Part shown: one piece after another, positions 24,371 through 38,954 of the stretch
How positions within the stretch are numbered: position 1 is the first letter of the stretch
Layout of the letters: each line of letters starts with the position of its first letter
Assembly: GCA_951406725.2 (NCBI GenBank)
Contig: OX597840.1
Location: 28,768,001 to 28,832,000 of the forward strand
Length of the DNA stretch: 64,000 bases
Reading direction: 5' to 3'
DNA from: Octopus vulgaris
Lineage: Eukaryota
Notes under the pieces: generated by a model
What the model was told of the DNA's origin: nothing
Databases searched by the model: none
The model's input: only the letters and a program-made list of their open reading frames with translations
Translations under genes and position numbers: made by a program

Positions 24371-25599
24371 CATATATAATAGGATTCTTTCAGTTTCGAT
24401 CTATCTAATTCACTTACAAGGCTTTAGTTGGCATCAGACTATAGTAGAAGACACTTGCTCAAGTGCCAAGTAGTGGGATTGAAACTGGGCCAGTGTGGTT
24501 GGAATGTAATCTTCTTACTACACAGCTACATCTGTGCCTATAATTAGATGTTGTTTTCCTCTGCCGACACCTGTTTTATCAGGAAAGGTGAGAAACAAAG
24601 GACACCACTTGTACAATAGTGTTTGCTTACAACTATCAAATAATAACTATTTAGTCTTGTACTTTGACTAGAAATAATATTTCTGCGTCTTGTAAAGTTG
24701 CACTTTCCCCCTGGACATAATCATAGGAATATGTTCAACCTCAAATCTTTCAAAATAAGCCACTCAAAAAACTAATAGCTTTTGCTAACCATTATCTGTT
24801 TATACTAAAAATATGAATAATTCAAATTTTAAAATGAACAACGCACTATTTTCACCCAAAATACAATTGCCATTCTAAAAAACTTTGTCAATGGCATTTG
24901 TTCTGAAAATTCAGTTATCTATGCAGCTAGTGTTACATCTGACATTAATCAGGCTGTCATAGATTATATCGAATTAACTGCAAATCAATTTAAAATTAGA
25001 TATTATCAGCATAATTATACCTTTAGGGTATTACAAAGACAGCATGACAGTTGCCTAATGTTACAGATCTTGTTATAAGTGTGTAGATTTGTGAATATGT
25101 TTGCATATCGGAAATATGTTTTTTCTTTCTTTCCCACTCATATTCTTCGTATTAAGCCATATTTGTGTGCGCACATGCACGCGTGTGTGAATACATACAT
25201 ACATACGCAGCACATACATACACACATTGACACATACATATATACACACGTTATCAATAGAAAATAGGGAATTAGCAAGTAGAGATATTTTACGAAAATA
25301 TTAAATCAGTAAAATCTATCTGTCTGTCTGCATATATATATATATGTGTATATATATATATACATAAGTGTGTATATATATATAAATGTATATATATCTG
25401 TATATATATATAAATTTATATATATATATATATATAAATGTATATATATATATACATTTATATATATATATACATTTATATATATATAAATGTATATATA
25501 TATATACATTTATATATATATATAAATAAATGTATATATATATATATATACATTTATATGGATATGTATATAAATGTATATATATATATATGTATATAA

Positions 25600-25655
<56 letters not shown>

Positions 25656-25889
25656 ATATGTATGTATGTATGTATGTATAATCAATTCAAATAATAAAAT
25701 TAAAAAAAGGAAAAATGAAGAGGAGGCCGTGCACAAGAAACGTATTAGCTTGAAGCTTGGCAAAAGGAGAGAGTTAAGGCTTCATGAGAAAGGAGAAAGG
25801 GAAAAGCTGAAAGAAGGAAAAGAAATTGCCAACATCACACATGTAGCAACAGAAGACATGTAGCTACATTATGTTTCTTTTGTTTTGTC

Positions 25890-26310
25890 CTTTTACTTGT
25901 TTCAGTCATTAGACTGTGGCCATGCTGGGGCACCCCCTTCGAAAAACTATCAGTTGAATGAATCTATCCCAATATTTATTTTTTTTAAGCCTGGTACATA
26001 TTCTGGTATTCCCTTTTTGCCAAACTGCTAAGTTACAAGGATGTCAACTCACCAACACTGGTTGTCAATCAATGTTGGTGGGGTGGGGGGAAACACAGAC
26101 ACAAAGACACACACACAAGCACATGCGCGTGCACACACACACAATATAGGAAGGGATTCGTTCAGTTTCCTCTACCATATTCACTCACAAGGCTTTGGGT
26201 GGCCTGAGCTAGAGTAGAAGACACTTACCCAAGGTACCATGCAGTGGGACTGAACTCAGAACCATATGGCTGGGAAGCAAGCTTCTTACCACACAACTAC
26301 ACCTGTGCCA
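25890..26310 (-). mobile_element. SINE family A, older diverged copy, followed by (CA)n at 26314-26560
   Basis: Similar to the family A copies. Confidence 0.75.
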
Positions 26311-26312
26311 AC

Positions 26313-26445
<133 letters not shown>

Positions 26446-26456
26446 AAACACACACA

Positions 26457-26564
<108 letters not shown>

Positions 26565-26589
26565 ACCTGAATATGATCAATAGTAGAGA

Positions 26590-27170
26590 ATTCTGTTGTG
26601 AAGTCAGCTTGTTCTTTTGGTTGCTAGATATTCAAGGTGCCAAGCATCCTTCTACATATAACGTAGAAGAACATCTTGTAGATGGCAGGCAGGAGACTGA
26701 TGGAATGGTAGTTCCTCAAGTCTGTTTCATCACCTTTCTTCCAAAGCATGACCACTATTGCATTCTTCCAAGTGTTGGGGAATTTGCCTCCTTCGAATCA
26801 TCTCTTGGACAGCTCGCTGAGCACCGTCATGATGGCCTCTCCACCATTCTGAAGAATACCAGCAGAGATGTTATCTTCCCCAGGTGCCTTGTCTCTTTTG
26901 AAGTGTTTCATGCTCCCTGTAAACTCTGATGGTATGACAAGAGGGCATAGGTTTGGAGTCGTGTTGTTGGAAAATGGATGGTCTTGAGATTGTCTGGTGC
27001 AATACAATATGCTATAGAATTCTTCACACCTTTTCATAAGCCTGTTAAGATTACTGGTGATTGCACCATCTTCTTCTGACAGACTTCAAGCCTCAGTTCT
27101 CTTTGAGAGCTTTTGGTTGTTCATTTTGATGTCTTCTTTTATGTGATGTCTGATAACTTTACAGGCTTCA
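26590..27170 (-). pseudogene. RTE-clade LINE RT N-terminal fragment
   Basis: KAPGEDNISAGIL..GGE; FPNTWKNAIVVMLWKKGDETDLRNYHSISLL..IYKMF. Confidence 0.85.
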
Positions 27171-28215
27171 ATATAGGCCATAGGCTAGTGGGGGTCACGG
27201 TGCACTCCCCTTATGATTTACTTTAACAGGTATTTTCATGTAGTCCTGGGTCAAACAAGTCAGAAAATTGATGTTGTCAACCAAAAAAAAACTGGGATGG
27301 AAGATATCCGACCATGAACTTCTTGACCACGCCTACTTTTACAGCTGGGGGCAGAAAATTAGGAATTTGGAAGATTCAAATAGCTCTAACTTTGTAACTC
27401 TTTGCCAACATATTTCAAACAACCACTTAAAAGCTTGCCTGGTCAAGATCTACAAGTTCATGCAAATGCTAAGCAAATTTATTCTGTGAAAAGGTCACCA
27501 GAGGTCAAAAGGTCACGAACTTTGACCCTTACATACAACACCTATTTCTTTATTATCCACAAGGGGCTAAACATAGAGGGGACAAACAAGGACAAACATA
27601 GGTATTAAGTCGATTACATCGACCCCAGTGCGTAACTGGTACTTAATTTATCGACCCCGAATGGATGACACGTTCACAGGTTTTATTTATCACGAAGACC
27701 ATATAACATGTTTTTTTTTTATATTGTAAATTAATCAAAACGAAGGTTTACATGTGCTTTTGGATAACAGCGGTGCATCAGCTTGGCCGCAGCTCTGAGC
27801 TGAAACTACAGAGAAAAAACAAACAGAAGTAAAAAGAAAATTGAAAAGAGGTAGTGTTTGTCGCGTGGAATGTAAGATACTTCTGCACTTTTCACACCGT
27901 TTAGTACGGATTGCTGAATGTGTCGAATAGAAGCAAGACAAAAATCTAGCAAGTGTTACTTTGGAATCTTTCCTTGAGCCATTGCAAATGACCAGAGAAG
28001 ATGATATTTGAGTTGATCTAAAAATGAAGCATCAAATTGTACAAATATTTTTTTTATCAAAAGTAAACAAAAGTTGACCCTACCTACAACATAACAGTTT
28101 GTTATATATGTTCATTATGAAATGTGTCATATAACTTCGATATTGAAACAAATGCCGGCTTGTACAATACTTTCTATCTCTCAAGTTTAAACAAGATCCA
28201 TTTCAAGTGTTGCGA

Positions 28216-28630
28216 CAGGAGTGGCTGTGTGGTAAGTAGCTTGCTTACCAACCACATGGTTCCGGGTTCAGTCCCACTGTGTGGTACCTTGGGCAAGTGT
28301 CTTCTACTATAGCCTCGGGCCGACCAAAGCCTTGTGAGTGGATTTGGTAGACGGAAACTGAAAGAAGCCCGTCGTATATATGTATATATATATATGTATG
28401 TGTGCGTGTATGCTTGTGTGTCTGTGTTTGTCCCCCCAGCATTGCTTGACAACCGATGCTGGTTTGTTTGTGTCCCCGTCACTTAGCGGTTCGGCAAAAG
28501 AGACCGATAGAATAAGTACTGGGCTTACAAAGAATAAGTCCCGGGGTCGATTTGCTAGACTAAAGGCGGTGCTCCAGCATGGCCGCAGTCAAATGACTGA
28601 AACAAGTAAAAGAGTAAAGAGTAAAGAGAG
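28216..28630 (+). mobile_element. SINE family A, near full length
   Basis: High similarity to other copies. Confidence 0.85.
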
Positions 28631-28931
28631 TTACCTTCCTTCCTGGTAGGCATATAACATAGAATTAAATCAATGGATGTACGAGTTTGCTTGAAAGTTG
28701 AGTTAGAAATCTCAGCTGAGCATCGTTCGGATCATTAACATTCAAATTAACACATTTCCAGCAAGCATTCATCCTAATTCTTATTTTCACGACAGTTATA
28801 TCTGTTCTCAGTTTCATTAACTTTGTAATGCATTAGACTTCCTCCCATCCACATACGCCACAGAATTGTCAAAGATGACAACATTATTTGTGAACCATTT
28901 AATACATTCATGAGTTATTTCAAGTGTCCGA

Positions 28932-29790
28932 TTAATAATCATCACCATCACTTTCAGTATCACTGTCCGATCCTACTCTGTCCAGGAAATCTCTTTCACT
29001 AAGTTCACTCTCACTATCAGGGTTAGAATCTGATGTGCAAGTTTCATCTTCAAGTTCTTCCTCCAGAATATTCACCCACTGACGGGGCATCACTTCACCG
29101 CCTGTCCACTTCGGCTTCATGATTTCAGCTTCCATTGTCCATCCAGGTTCTTCATCTAGTTTAGGCACTAAAGGCTTTGCAATTTTCGCGAGCCTTCATA
29201 TACTGGTCTGGAAGTTTCTTTGCCAAACATGGTGCCCAAGGACGTTTCTACACGGGGGAAGTGAGGCGAGATCGAATTGCTTAGATTTTGTGAAATCATC
29301 CTTCCCACCGCATTTTGCTCACAAGGTTGTGAACTGCAATGTATTCGCCTTTTTTATCCTTTGGTTACCATACATCCCACACGGGAACCTCTCCAGTTTC
29401 TTCATCACCTCCTTGTCGACTTCCCAAGATTCCCCTAACTTGGAGAGCACTTTCTGGAATGATTCATCTGTTTTAACTACTTTCAGTCCCTTCATTTTCC
29501 CCTTCCCTTTGAAGGCACAGATACTATGGCACCCGGTGAAGGCAATGGTAACCCAACAATGCAGAACAGAGAACAGACGTGAAAGACATAGCCAGCTTGG
29601 TCACACCGATACAGCATCGTGTGTTGCCCTTTCCAGTTTCTTGAACATCCAGTATTAGGATCTGATGTAAGAGCATTTGGGCTGCTGCTCCTAGTAGGTG
29701 AAGCAGCCATGAGAGGTTTTCAAATGGTTTACACGAGTTACATCCCTTAACTATATTAATACATGCAACATTCAGTGTCAGAAAACTGAC
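28932..29790 (-). pseudogene. Academ-like DNA transposon protein relic (XPG/PIN-like C-terminal part)
   Basis: With one frameshift: CSALLGYH/AFTGCHSICAFKGKGKMKGLK...KLERFPCGMYG...LASLPPCRNVLGHHV..NFQTSI*...PGW...PKW, acidic tail; two in-frame stops. Confidence 0.6.
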
Positions 29791-30120
29791 CAAAGCTTTT
29801 TGAATTCAATACCAAAGCTTTGCGACAGTTAAATCCGTTATCTACAATAATAAATGTGACATTCGGTCAGTCAACTTAGAATGTTGTTCATTCTGCTGCT
29901 TTACCGTGATCTCCAGATGTCAAAATGATGCAAAATTCTCCAATTGCGATACTCTGTGATATAAATCTCAGATGGTAGGATACAATGAAATGTTTTATTA
30001 TTACTCCCACCAGTTTTGGGCTGAAGCCCAATTAGCCCTCTGCAGGAGGCATCTGCTTGAAAGTCTGTATGGAGTGCAGCTTTTAAGCAAGTATGCTAGT
30101 ATATATATATATATATATAT

Positions 30121-31301
30121 ATATTAATAAATGAAATAAAACATATGCATATATATAAACATATATGTACGTACCTACCTCTACATGTACGTATACACGC
30201 ATATATGAGTACAGGACACCAAAGGGACGTCGAACACAAAGAGAAACGAAAACATAGACACAAACCAAAGGAACTGGACATTTTTTTAAAAACAACAAAA
30301 AATGGAGTACAGGACAATTAACACAAAGTAAAAAACCCTTCTTCAGTTGCTATGGTTTCATCTACTCTACGTTTTGAAGGATAAAAGCGAGACGTATCTT
30401 CGACAAGAAACTTTCCTTCCTGCGAAAAGCAAATCAATTAAAATTCTGAGATCGTTTCGCAGAGGGGTAAAAAATGGTAAAAAAATGGTAAAAAAACAGG
30501 ACAGTAACGACAGTACAAAAATATAAACAGTAAAAGACAGGACAGGGAAAAACAAGATAAGAAGGGCTGTTGACGCCGAACGAAAAAAGTATTGCAAACG
30601 CAGAATTTTTTGTGAACGACAGGGGAGCAGGAAGAATGTCGTCCAGTTACCTTGAAAGGCCAGGCCAGAAAGACAGTCAGAGCGGAAGTATCGTCGCGGG
30701 TGGACGACGGGAAGGGGGAGGAGGAGCAAGAGGAAGGGAGAGAAGAAGGGGAATGGCTGCGAGGAAACCATGAAGAATTGTGAGGGGGAGAGAGAGAGTG
30801 AAGAATGAGAGAGAGAGGAAGAGACAAGTTAAGTAGAGGAAAAAGAAAATCAAAGAATAGGGATGGGACAGAAAGGTGAAGAGTGCGCGTCAGAGTTAAT
30901 ATCAAGACCAAAACTTGATATACAGAACAATCTTACTTAAGGGGGTGCGTGCGTTTTGTCATATAATATATTAATAAATGAAATAAAACATATGCATATA
31001 TATAAACATATATGTACGTACCTACCTCTACATGTACATATACACGCATATATGAGTACAGGACACCAAAGGGACGTCGAACACAAAGAGAAACGAAAAC
31101 ATAGACACAAACCAAAGGAACTGGACATTTTTTTTAAAAACAACAAAAAATGGAGTACAGGACAATTAACACAAAGAAAAAAACCCTTCTTCAGTCGCTA
31201 TGGTTTCATCTACTCTACGTTTCGAAGGACAAAAACGAGACGTATCTTCGACAAGAAACTTTCCTTCCTGCGAAAAGCAAATCAATTAAAATTCTGAGAT
31301 C
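30121..31301 (-). mobile_element. Penelope-like element with ~333-bp direct terminal repeats
   Basis: 30121-30453 is nearly identical to 30968-31301; hammerhead-like gaaacgta and ctgaaga motifs on minus; flanked by (TA)n. Confidence 0.6.
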
Positions 31302-31416
31302 TTATATATATATACACACAAATATATACTATACAAATATTCTTTTAAAAAACCTTTTCTTTTAATTTTTCTAAATTTAATTGTTTATTTGTTACAGTTC
31401 TATCTTGACTTTTTTC

Positions 31417-31452
<36 letters not shown>

Positions 31453-31674
31453 CAAACATTCATACATATATACTATACATGCATGTGCAAGTGTGTGCTC
31501 GTTTGTTTGTGTGACTGTGCAGTAAAAAGTTTACTTCGCAACCACATGGTTTCAGGTTCAGTCCCACTGCAAGGCACCTTGGGAAAGTGTCTTCTGCTTT
31601 AGCCTTGTGAATGGATTTGGTAGACAGAAACTGAAAGAAGCCCGCTGTATATATGTATAAATATATATATTTAA

Positions 31675-32030
31675 AGGTAAAAGTAAAGAGCCCCTTTGGT
31701 CATGAATGACTGTGGATTGCATGTAGAAAGTTCCCCTCCGAGGCACAAGTTGGGCAAGGTTGTTTATGGAAGACCAGCATTCGCCCATGGATACCAGCCT
31801 CCCCTATCCACACCACTGATGTTATCCAAGAGAAAGGCAAAGGTGAAAGACAAAGGTCAATACTGCTTGGCACCTGTGATGTCGCAACTCATTTCTACAG
31901 TTGAGTGAACTGGAACAATGTGAAATAAAGTATCTTGCTCAAGAACACAACACGCAGCCCGATCTGGGAATTGAACTCATTACTTCATGATTACAAGCTC
32001 GGCACTCTAACCACTGAGCTAAGTGCCTTC
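31675..32030 (-). mobile_element. tRNA-headed SINE (family D-like)
   Basis: Minus head tagctcagtggttagagtgccgagc...gagttcaattccc, then a non-tRNA body and ttacc tail. Confidence 0.7.
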
Positions 32031-32034
32031 ATAT

Positions 32035-32435
32035 CTCTTTACTCTTTACTCTTTTACTAGTTTCAGTCATTTGACTGCAGCCATGCTGGAGCATCGCCTT
32101 TAGTCTAGCAAATCGACCCCAGGACTTATTCTTTGTAAGCCTAGTACTTATTCTATTGGTCTCTTTTGCCGAACAGCTAAGTTGCGGGGGATGTAAACAC
32201 ACCAACATCGGTTGTCAAGCGATGTTGGCAGGACAAACACAGACACATATATATATACTGATACATATAAACGACGGGCTTCTTTCAGTTTCCATCTACC
32301 AAATCCACTCACAAGGCTTTGCTGGGCCCGAGGCTATAGTAGAAGAAACTTGCCCAAGATGCCACACAGTGGGACTGAACCTGGAACCATGTGGTTGGTA
32401 AGCAAGCAACTACCACACAGCCACTCCTACGCCTA
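32035..32435 (-). mobile_element. SINE family A
   Basis: Family match. Confidence 0.85.
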
Positions 32436-32861
32436 TATATATATATGCATACACACATACATGTAATATAATATATATATGCATGTGTGGTGTGTGTGAT
32501 ATATATGCATACATATATGTATGTATTAATATATAAATATATGTATGTATATATATATGTGTGTGTGTGTATGTATATATATACACACACACACATTCTC
32601 ACAGAGAAAGAAAGAGAGAGAGAGAGAGAGATGTAACATAATATAATAACAAGTAGGAAAGAAAAAGTACAAAAACCCACAACAAACAACACCAAAAACA
32701 AAAAGACAAACCAAAACAATTTATCTATTTTATTGACGATATCGGTCATGAATACATCCAATGTTGATTTATTATATTTTTTGACACTGTTATCAATATT
32801 GTAGTCTCTGTCTAATTTGTTGCTCCAGCTTGTTATTATTATTATTATTATTTTATTATTA

Positions 32862-32934
<73 letters not shown>

Positions 32935-33016
32935 ATTATTATCATTCTTCTTCTTCTTCTTCTTCTTCTTCTTCTTCTTCTTCTTCTTCTTCTTCTGATT
33001 ATTATGATTATTATTA

Positions 33017-33390
33017 AGGCAGCAAGCTGGCAGAAACGTTAGCACACTGGGCGAAATGCGTAGCCGTATTTCGTCAGCCGTTACGTTCTGAGTTCAAATT
33101 CCGCCGAGGTCGACTTTTTCCTTTCATCCTTTCGGGGTCGATAAATTAAGTACCAGTTACGCACTGGGGTCGATATAATCGACTTAATCCTTTTGTCTGT
33201 CCTTGTTTGTTGTCTCTGAGTTTAGGTATTTCGTCTGTCGCTACATTTTGTGTTCAAATTCCTCCAAGGTCGACTTTGCCTTTCATCCTTTTGGGTTCGA
33301 TAAATTAAGTACCAGTTGTCTACTAGGGTCGATGTAATCAACTATCCCACCCTACCCCCATAATCTCAGGCCTTGTGCCTAGAGTAGAAA
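33017..33390 (+). mobile_element. SINE family B dimer
   Basis: Head followed by two gcctttcatccttt core units. Confidence 0.8.
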
Positions 33391-33652
33391 GGAGACCTGG
33401 CTGAACAATAGAAGAGCTATATCCTGCAACCATCAGCCACGCTTTCCCAAATCCCAGACAAAATCACTATCATCAATGTCCTGGGTTGCAACTTCATAGC
33501 AAAATCCTGGACCGAAATTTCATTCACGCAACCATTGCAAATAAATGGCAGCTTCTTAGTGGGTTTCGTTTGTCTTTCTTTCTCTCTCTTACCCTTTCTA
33601 ACTTCAAGTCCTCTCCTTCAAACACTCATACGCTGAAAACAACAGGTGCCAC

Positions 33653-33715
<63 letters not shown>

Positions 33716-33717
<2 letters not shown>

Positions 33718-34211
33718 TATGTTTGACTTTTGCTTTACATTTGCACAAGCTGGCTCCAAGTCTCACCCAGAGACCTCAAGAGACAACAGGTTGGAAGTTC
33801 ATGTTGTTATGCCTAGTGTGCCATATATTTGGGTTTTTTTTTTCTTGGTGTTGTACTAGTGCAGTGCTTTTCAAACTTTTTGCTGGAGCGGAACCCCAAG
33901 GAAACATTCCACTGGCTCGAGGAACCCCTGTGCAATAATTTAATTGTCTTATGCACACATATCTGCACAGGACAATTAAAAATTACTGTTGATTTTAGCA
34001 GTTTTGTAACTTCTTGCGGAACCCCTGGACTGTACTGGCGGAACCCTAAGGTTCCGCGGAACACTGGTTGAAAACCACTGTACTAGTGAATAAAAAAATA
34101 AAAAAATTATGTTTGTTTTAAGCCCTGAGATTGCATAGAAAGTATTTTGTGTCGGATATGAGCAGTTCCCATGAGCACTATCTTTTGAATTTCTGCCATT
34201 TTTGGGTTTCC

Positions 34212-34212
<1 letters not shown>
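33716..34212 (-). mobile_element. R4/Dong-like (RLE) LINE 3' end in (ATT)n, split by a MITE
   Basis: KPKMAEIQKIVLMGTAHI..KILSM-type C-terminus; both flanks are (TAA)n. Confidence 0.6.
33862..34080. mobile_element. hAT-type MITE
   Basis: TIRs cagtgcttttcaaac / gttgaaaaccactg; perfect 8-bp TSD tactagtg (33854-33861, 34081-34088). Confidence 0.9.
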
Positions 34213-34872
<660 letters not shown>

Positions 34873-35088
34873 GGCAGAAAGCTGGTAGAATCGTTAGCAT
34901 CCTGGGAGAAATACTGCTAAGCATTTCGTTCTGACTTCAAATTCCTTTGAGTTTGCCTTTGTCTTTCATTTTTTTCAGGGTCAATAAAATAAGTACCAGC
35001 TGAGCACTGGGGTTGATTTAATCAACTATCCCTCTCCCTGACAATTTCAAAATTTAAAGTCATTATTTCTATTATCCTCCTATTTTTC

Positions 35089-35542
35089 CAGGAGTGGCTG
35101 TGTGGTAAGTAGCTTACTTACCAACCACATTGTTCCGGGTTCAGTCCCACTGCGTAGTACCTTGGTTAAGTGTCTTCTACTATAGCCTCGGGTGTCTTCT
35201 ACTATAGCCTTGTGAGTGTCTTCTACTATAGCCTTGTGAGTGGATTTGGTAGACGGAAACTGAAAGAAGCCCGTCGTATATATGTATATGTATATATATA
35301 TATTTATATATATATAACAATTGCAGCATGGAAGGTGTTTGTAAGCCATTTAAGAAACACACAAAAGCCGTTCAATTCACTTCAACATTTAAGTTTAATT
35401 TGTCAAAATATTTTCGTCGCTAAAATGGCTTATATAGCTTATATGTTTCTTAAATGGCTTATAAACACCTTCCACGCTGCAATTGTTTTCGTTTCAGCAC
35501 ACGATCCCAGATCAAATTACTTGCTATGCGAGTACATCTCCG

Positions 35543-35629
<87 letters not shown>

Positions 35630-35644
35630 TACACACACACACAC

Positions 35645-35706
<62 letters not shown>

Positions 35707-35930
35707 TATATTTTTGTGTGTGTGTTTGTCCCCTCAACATCGCTTGATAACCGATGCTGGTGTGTTTAGATCCCCGTCACATAGCGGTTCGGCAAGAGAG
35801 ACCGATAGAATAAGTTCTGGGCTTACAAAGAATAAGTCCTGAGGTCGATTTGCTCGACTAAAGGCGGTGCTCCAGCATGGCCACAGTCAAAATGACTGAA
35901 CCAAATAGAAGAATGGAAGAATAAAAGAAT
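35089..35930 (+). mobile_element. SINE family A with a Penelope-like hairpin insert (35316-35545) in its (TA)n
   Basis: Head at 35089, tail to ~35930; inverted arms 35316-35359 / 35444-35487. Confidence 0.75.
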
Positions 35931-36191
35931 ATCTAAATCTGCCATTCTCTTGCTTTTCTGTTTGTTCTTCTTTATCTCTTCAAATAAATGGTTTGGCAGC
36001 AGAGTGTCTCACTCTGTTATTTTAAACTGGCAGACACTGAGATTCCAGTGGGAGATTCCGTGTCCATTTTAAGACTCAAGGAGTGTGTTCGGGAGGTGGG
36101 GGTCCCTATAATATTATTCTTTAGCGAGCCATCAAAGCTTCATTTATTGCTTTCTTTCTTTCCTTCTTTCTTTCTTTTTCCTTTTTTTCTT

Positions 36192-36245
<54 letters not shown>

Positions 36246-36260
36246 TCTCTTTCTTTCTTC

Positions 36261-36291
<31 letters not shown>

Positions 36292-36319
36292 TCTCTTTCT
36301 TTCTTTCTTTCTTTCTTTA

Positions 36320-36350
<31 letters not shown>

Positions 36351-36474
36351 CTCTTTCTCTCTCTCTTTCATTCTCTCCCTCTCTCTTTCTTTCTTTCTTT
36401 CTCTTTCTTTCTTTCTCTTTCTTTCTCTTTCTTTCTTTCTCTTTCTTTCTCTTTCTCTTTCTTTCTCTCCCTCC

Positions 36475-36510
<36 letters not shown>

Positions 36511-36629
36511 TTCTCTTTCTCTCTCTCTCCCTCCCTTTCTTTCTCTCACTCTCTCTCTCTCTTTCTTTCTTTCTTTCTCTCTCTCTCTTTTTTTCTCTCT
36601 CTCTTTCTCTCTTTCTCTCTCTCTCTCTT

Positions 36630-36664
<35 letters not shown>

Positions 36665-37011
36665 TTCTTTCTTCCTCTCTGTCTATCTGTCTGTCTGTCT
36701 GTCTCTCTCTTTCCCCTTCTCTCTCTCTCTCTCTCCTTCCTTATTTATTTACCCATTTCTATTTCATCATATCCATGTGTCATTTTAAATATTCTACAAG
36801 AGCTTTTTTCCTAACAGAAAATCGATATGTCGTCGTCGTCCTCCTCCTCCTCCTCCTCCCCCCCTCCTCCTCCTCATCATCATCAACATCACCACCACCT
36901 TCATCATCATCATCATCATCACCATCATCATTATTATCATCATCTTCATCATCATCATCATCATCATCCTCACCATCACCACCACCACCACCACCACCAC
37001 CACAACCACCG

Positions 37012-37042
<31 letters not shown>

Positions 37043-37594
37043 TATTTCATCATCGTCATCCTCATCACTTCCACAACCGCCACTGCCGGCGTCGTCGCCA
37101 CCACCACCACCACCACCACCACCATCATCCTTTTGTGTGTGAGCGTTTTTAATATAACGTTTAAGTGCGTGTTTTTTTTTCTCTTTGCAAGTATTATTGT
37201 TGCTTTCGTTAAATATTATCTAAGATAATTTAAAACCAACCAGTGTTATTGTCTTCTCTTTCCGTCAACCCATCACCCGTCCACCTACCCGTTCATGAGA
37301 ATCAGTGGAGGAGGACCAGGGTATGGGTATGGGTAGGGTGAGGTGGAACAAAAAGAGAAAATGTAAAAAAAAAAAGCAAGGCAACAAAGAAAAAATAAGT
37401 ACAAAGAAATAAACAGTCTCCATGTTTGTGTGTTTTGTCTTCAACAGACAACTATATATATGTGTGTGTGTGTGTATGTGTGTGTGTATATATATATGTA
37501 TATGTCTGTGTGTATATATGTATGTATATATATGTGTGTATGTGTGTGTATACATATATGCATACATATATCTATATACCTATATATATGTATG

Positions 37595-37637
<43 letters not shown>

Positions 37638-37659
37638 GTATGTAAATATATATATGTAT

Positions 37660-37690
<31 letters not shown>

Positions 37691-37910
37691 CATATGTGTG
37701 CACGCATGTATATATATATCTGTGTGTGTGTGTGTGTGCATATTTGCTCCTACACATATATACAAGCAGACACATGGATGCATATATGCATATATAAGTA
37801 TGTATATATATATATATACATACGTATATGCACATATATATCTGTATGGATACATGCATTTGCATAAGTACATGGATGCATGTATATACATACATACATA
37901 CATACATACA

Positions 37911-37968
<58 letters not shown>

Positions 37969-38593
37969 GACACATACACATACATATATTCATATATGTA
38001 TATGTATATACCTATAATATATATGTATATACATATATATATATATTTTTTTGTACATACATAGATGTGTATATATATTTGTGGGTGTATGTACGTATCT
38101 ATATACAGTATACGTATATGCATGTTTACACACACACACACGCACACACACACACACACACATGCACACATGCACACACATTATTTTGTTGGTTTTTATC
38201 TTTTTTCTTTTTAACCTTTACATTTGTAGTTGACGCTTTTCAAGTGAAGAACTCTATCAAACCATTTCTAAACAGAGTTCTTTGTTACATAAGACAGACA
38301 TGTTAAAACTGTTTTATAACTTAAGCCAAACATTTTAACCATTCTAAGCCCAGATAATCAAAATGGATCTTCAAAGCTGCAGAAAATATAATATAACTTA
38401 TTAAAAAGTCTTTTTAAAACATTTATTAAAACTCTATTAAAAATTAATAAAAGAAATATTCAGGCATGGCTGTGTGGTAAGAAATTCGCTTCTTGATCAC
38501 AGGGTTCTGGGTTCAGTCCCACTGTGTAGCACTTGGGCAAGTGTCTTCTACAATAGCCTTGGGCCAACCAAAGCCTTCTGAGTGGATTTGGTA

Positions 38594-38624
<31 letters not shown>

Positions 38625-38863
38625 GTATGTATGTATATATATATACATACATATATATATATATATATGTATGTATGTATATATATATACATACATACAT
38701 ATATATATATAGAGAGAGAGAGAACTTTTTTAAAATTCTGTGATAAGACTGTACATCATCTTTAAAGAACTTTAATGAACTTTGGAAATCTGTTTATGTT
38801 ACTTAATTATCTACTTCATGAGTATACCCTCAACCAATAGGATGTCTAGAGAACTCACATGTA

Positions 38864-38954
38864 TTTTAGCTGATGAGTACAGGACACGTTTATATGCTGT
38901 AATTTTTACAACTTTTAATAAAGCCTGTCCTTGTATGAAACGATTGTACTAAAA
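38864..38954 (+). ncRNA. Type I hammerhead ribozyme motif (canonical core, long stem II loop) in a Penelope-like fragment
   Basis: ttttag-CTGATGA-gtacaggaca...tgtccttgtat-GAAA-cgattg-T-A-ctaaaa. Confidence 0.7.

Noticed and set aside
31950-32030. tRNA genes (also heads of SINE A, B and D)
   Set aside because: A/B-box-like heads run straight into SINE bodies; no complete cloverleaf could be built.
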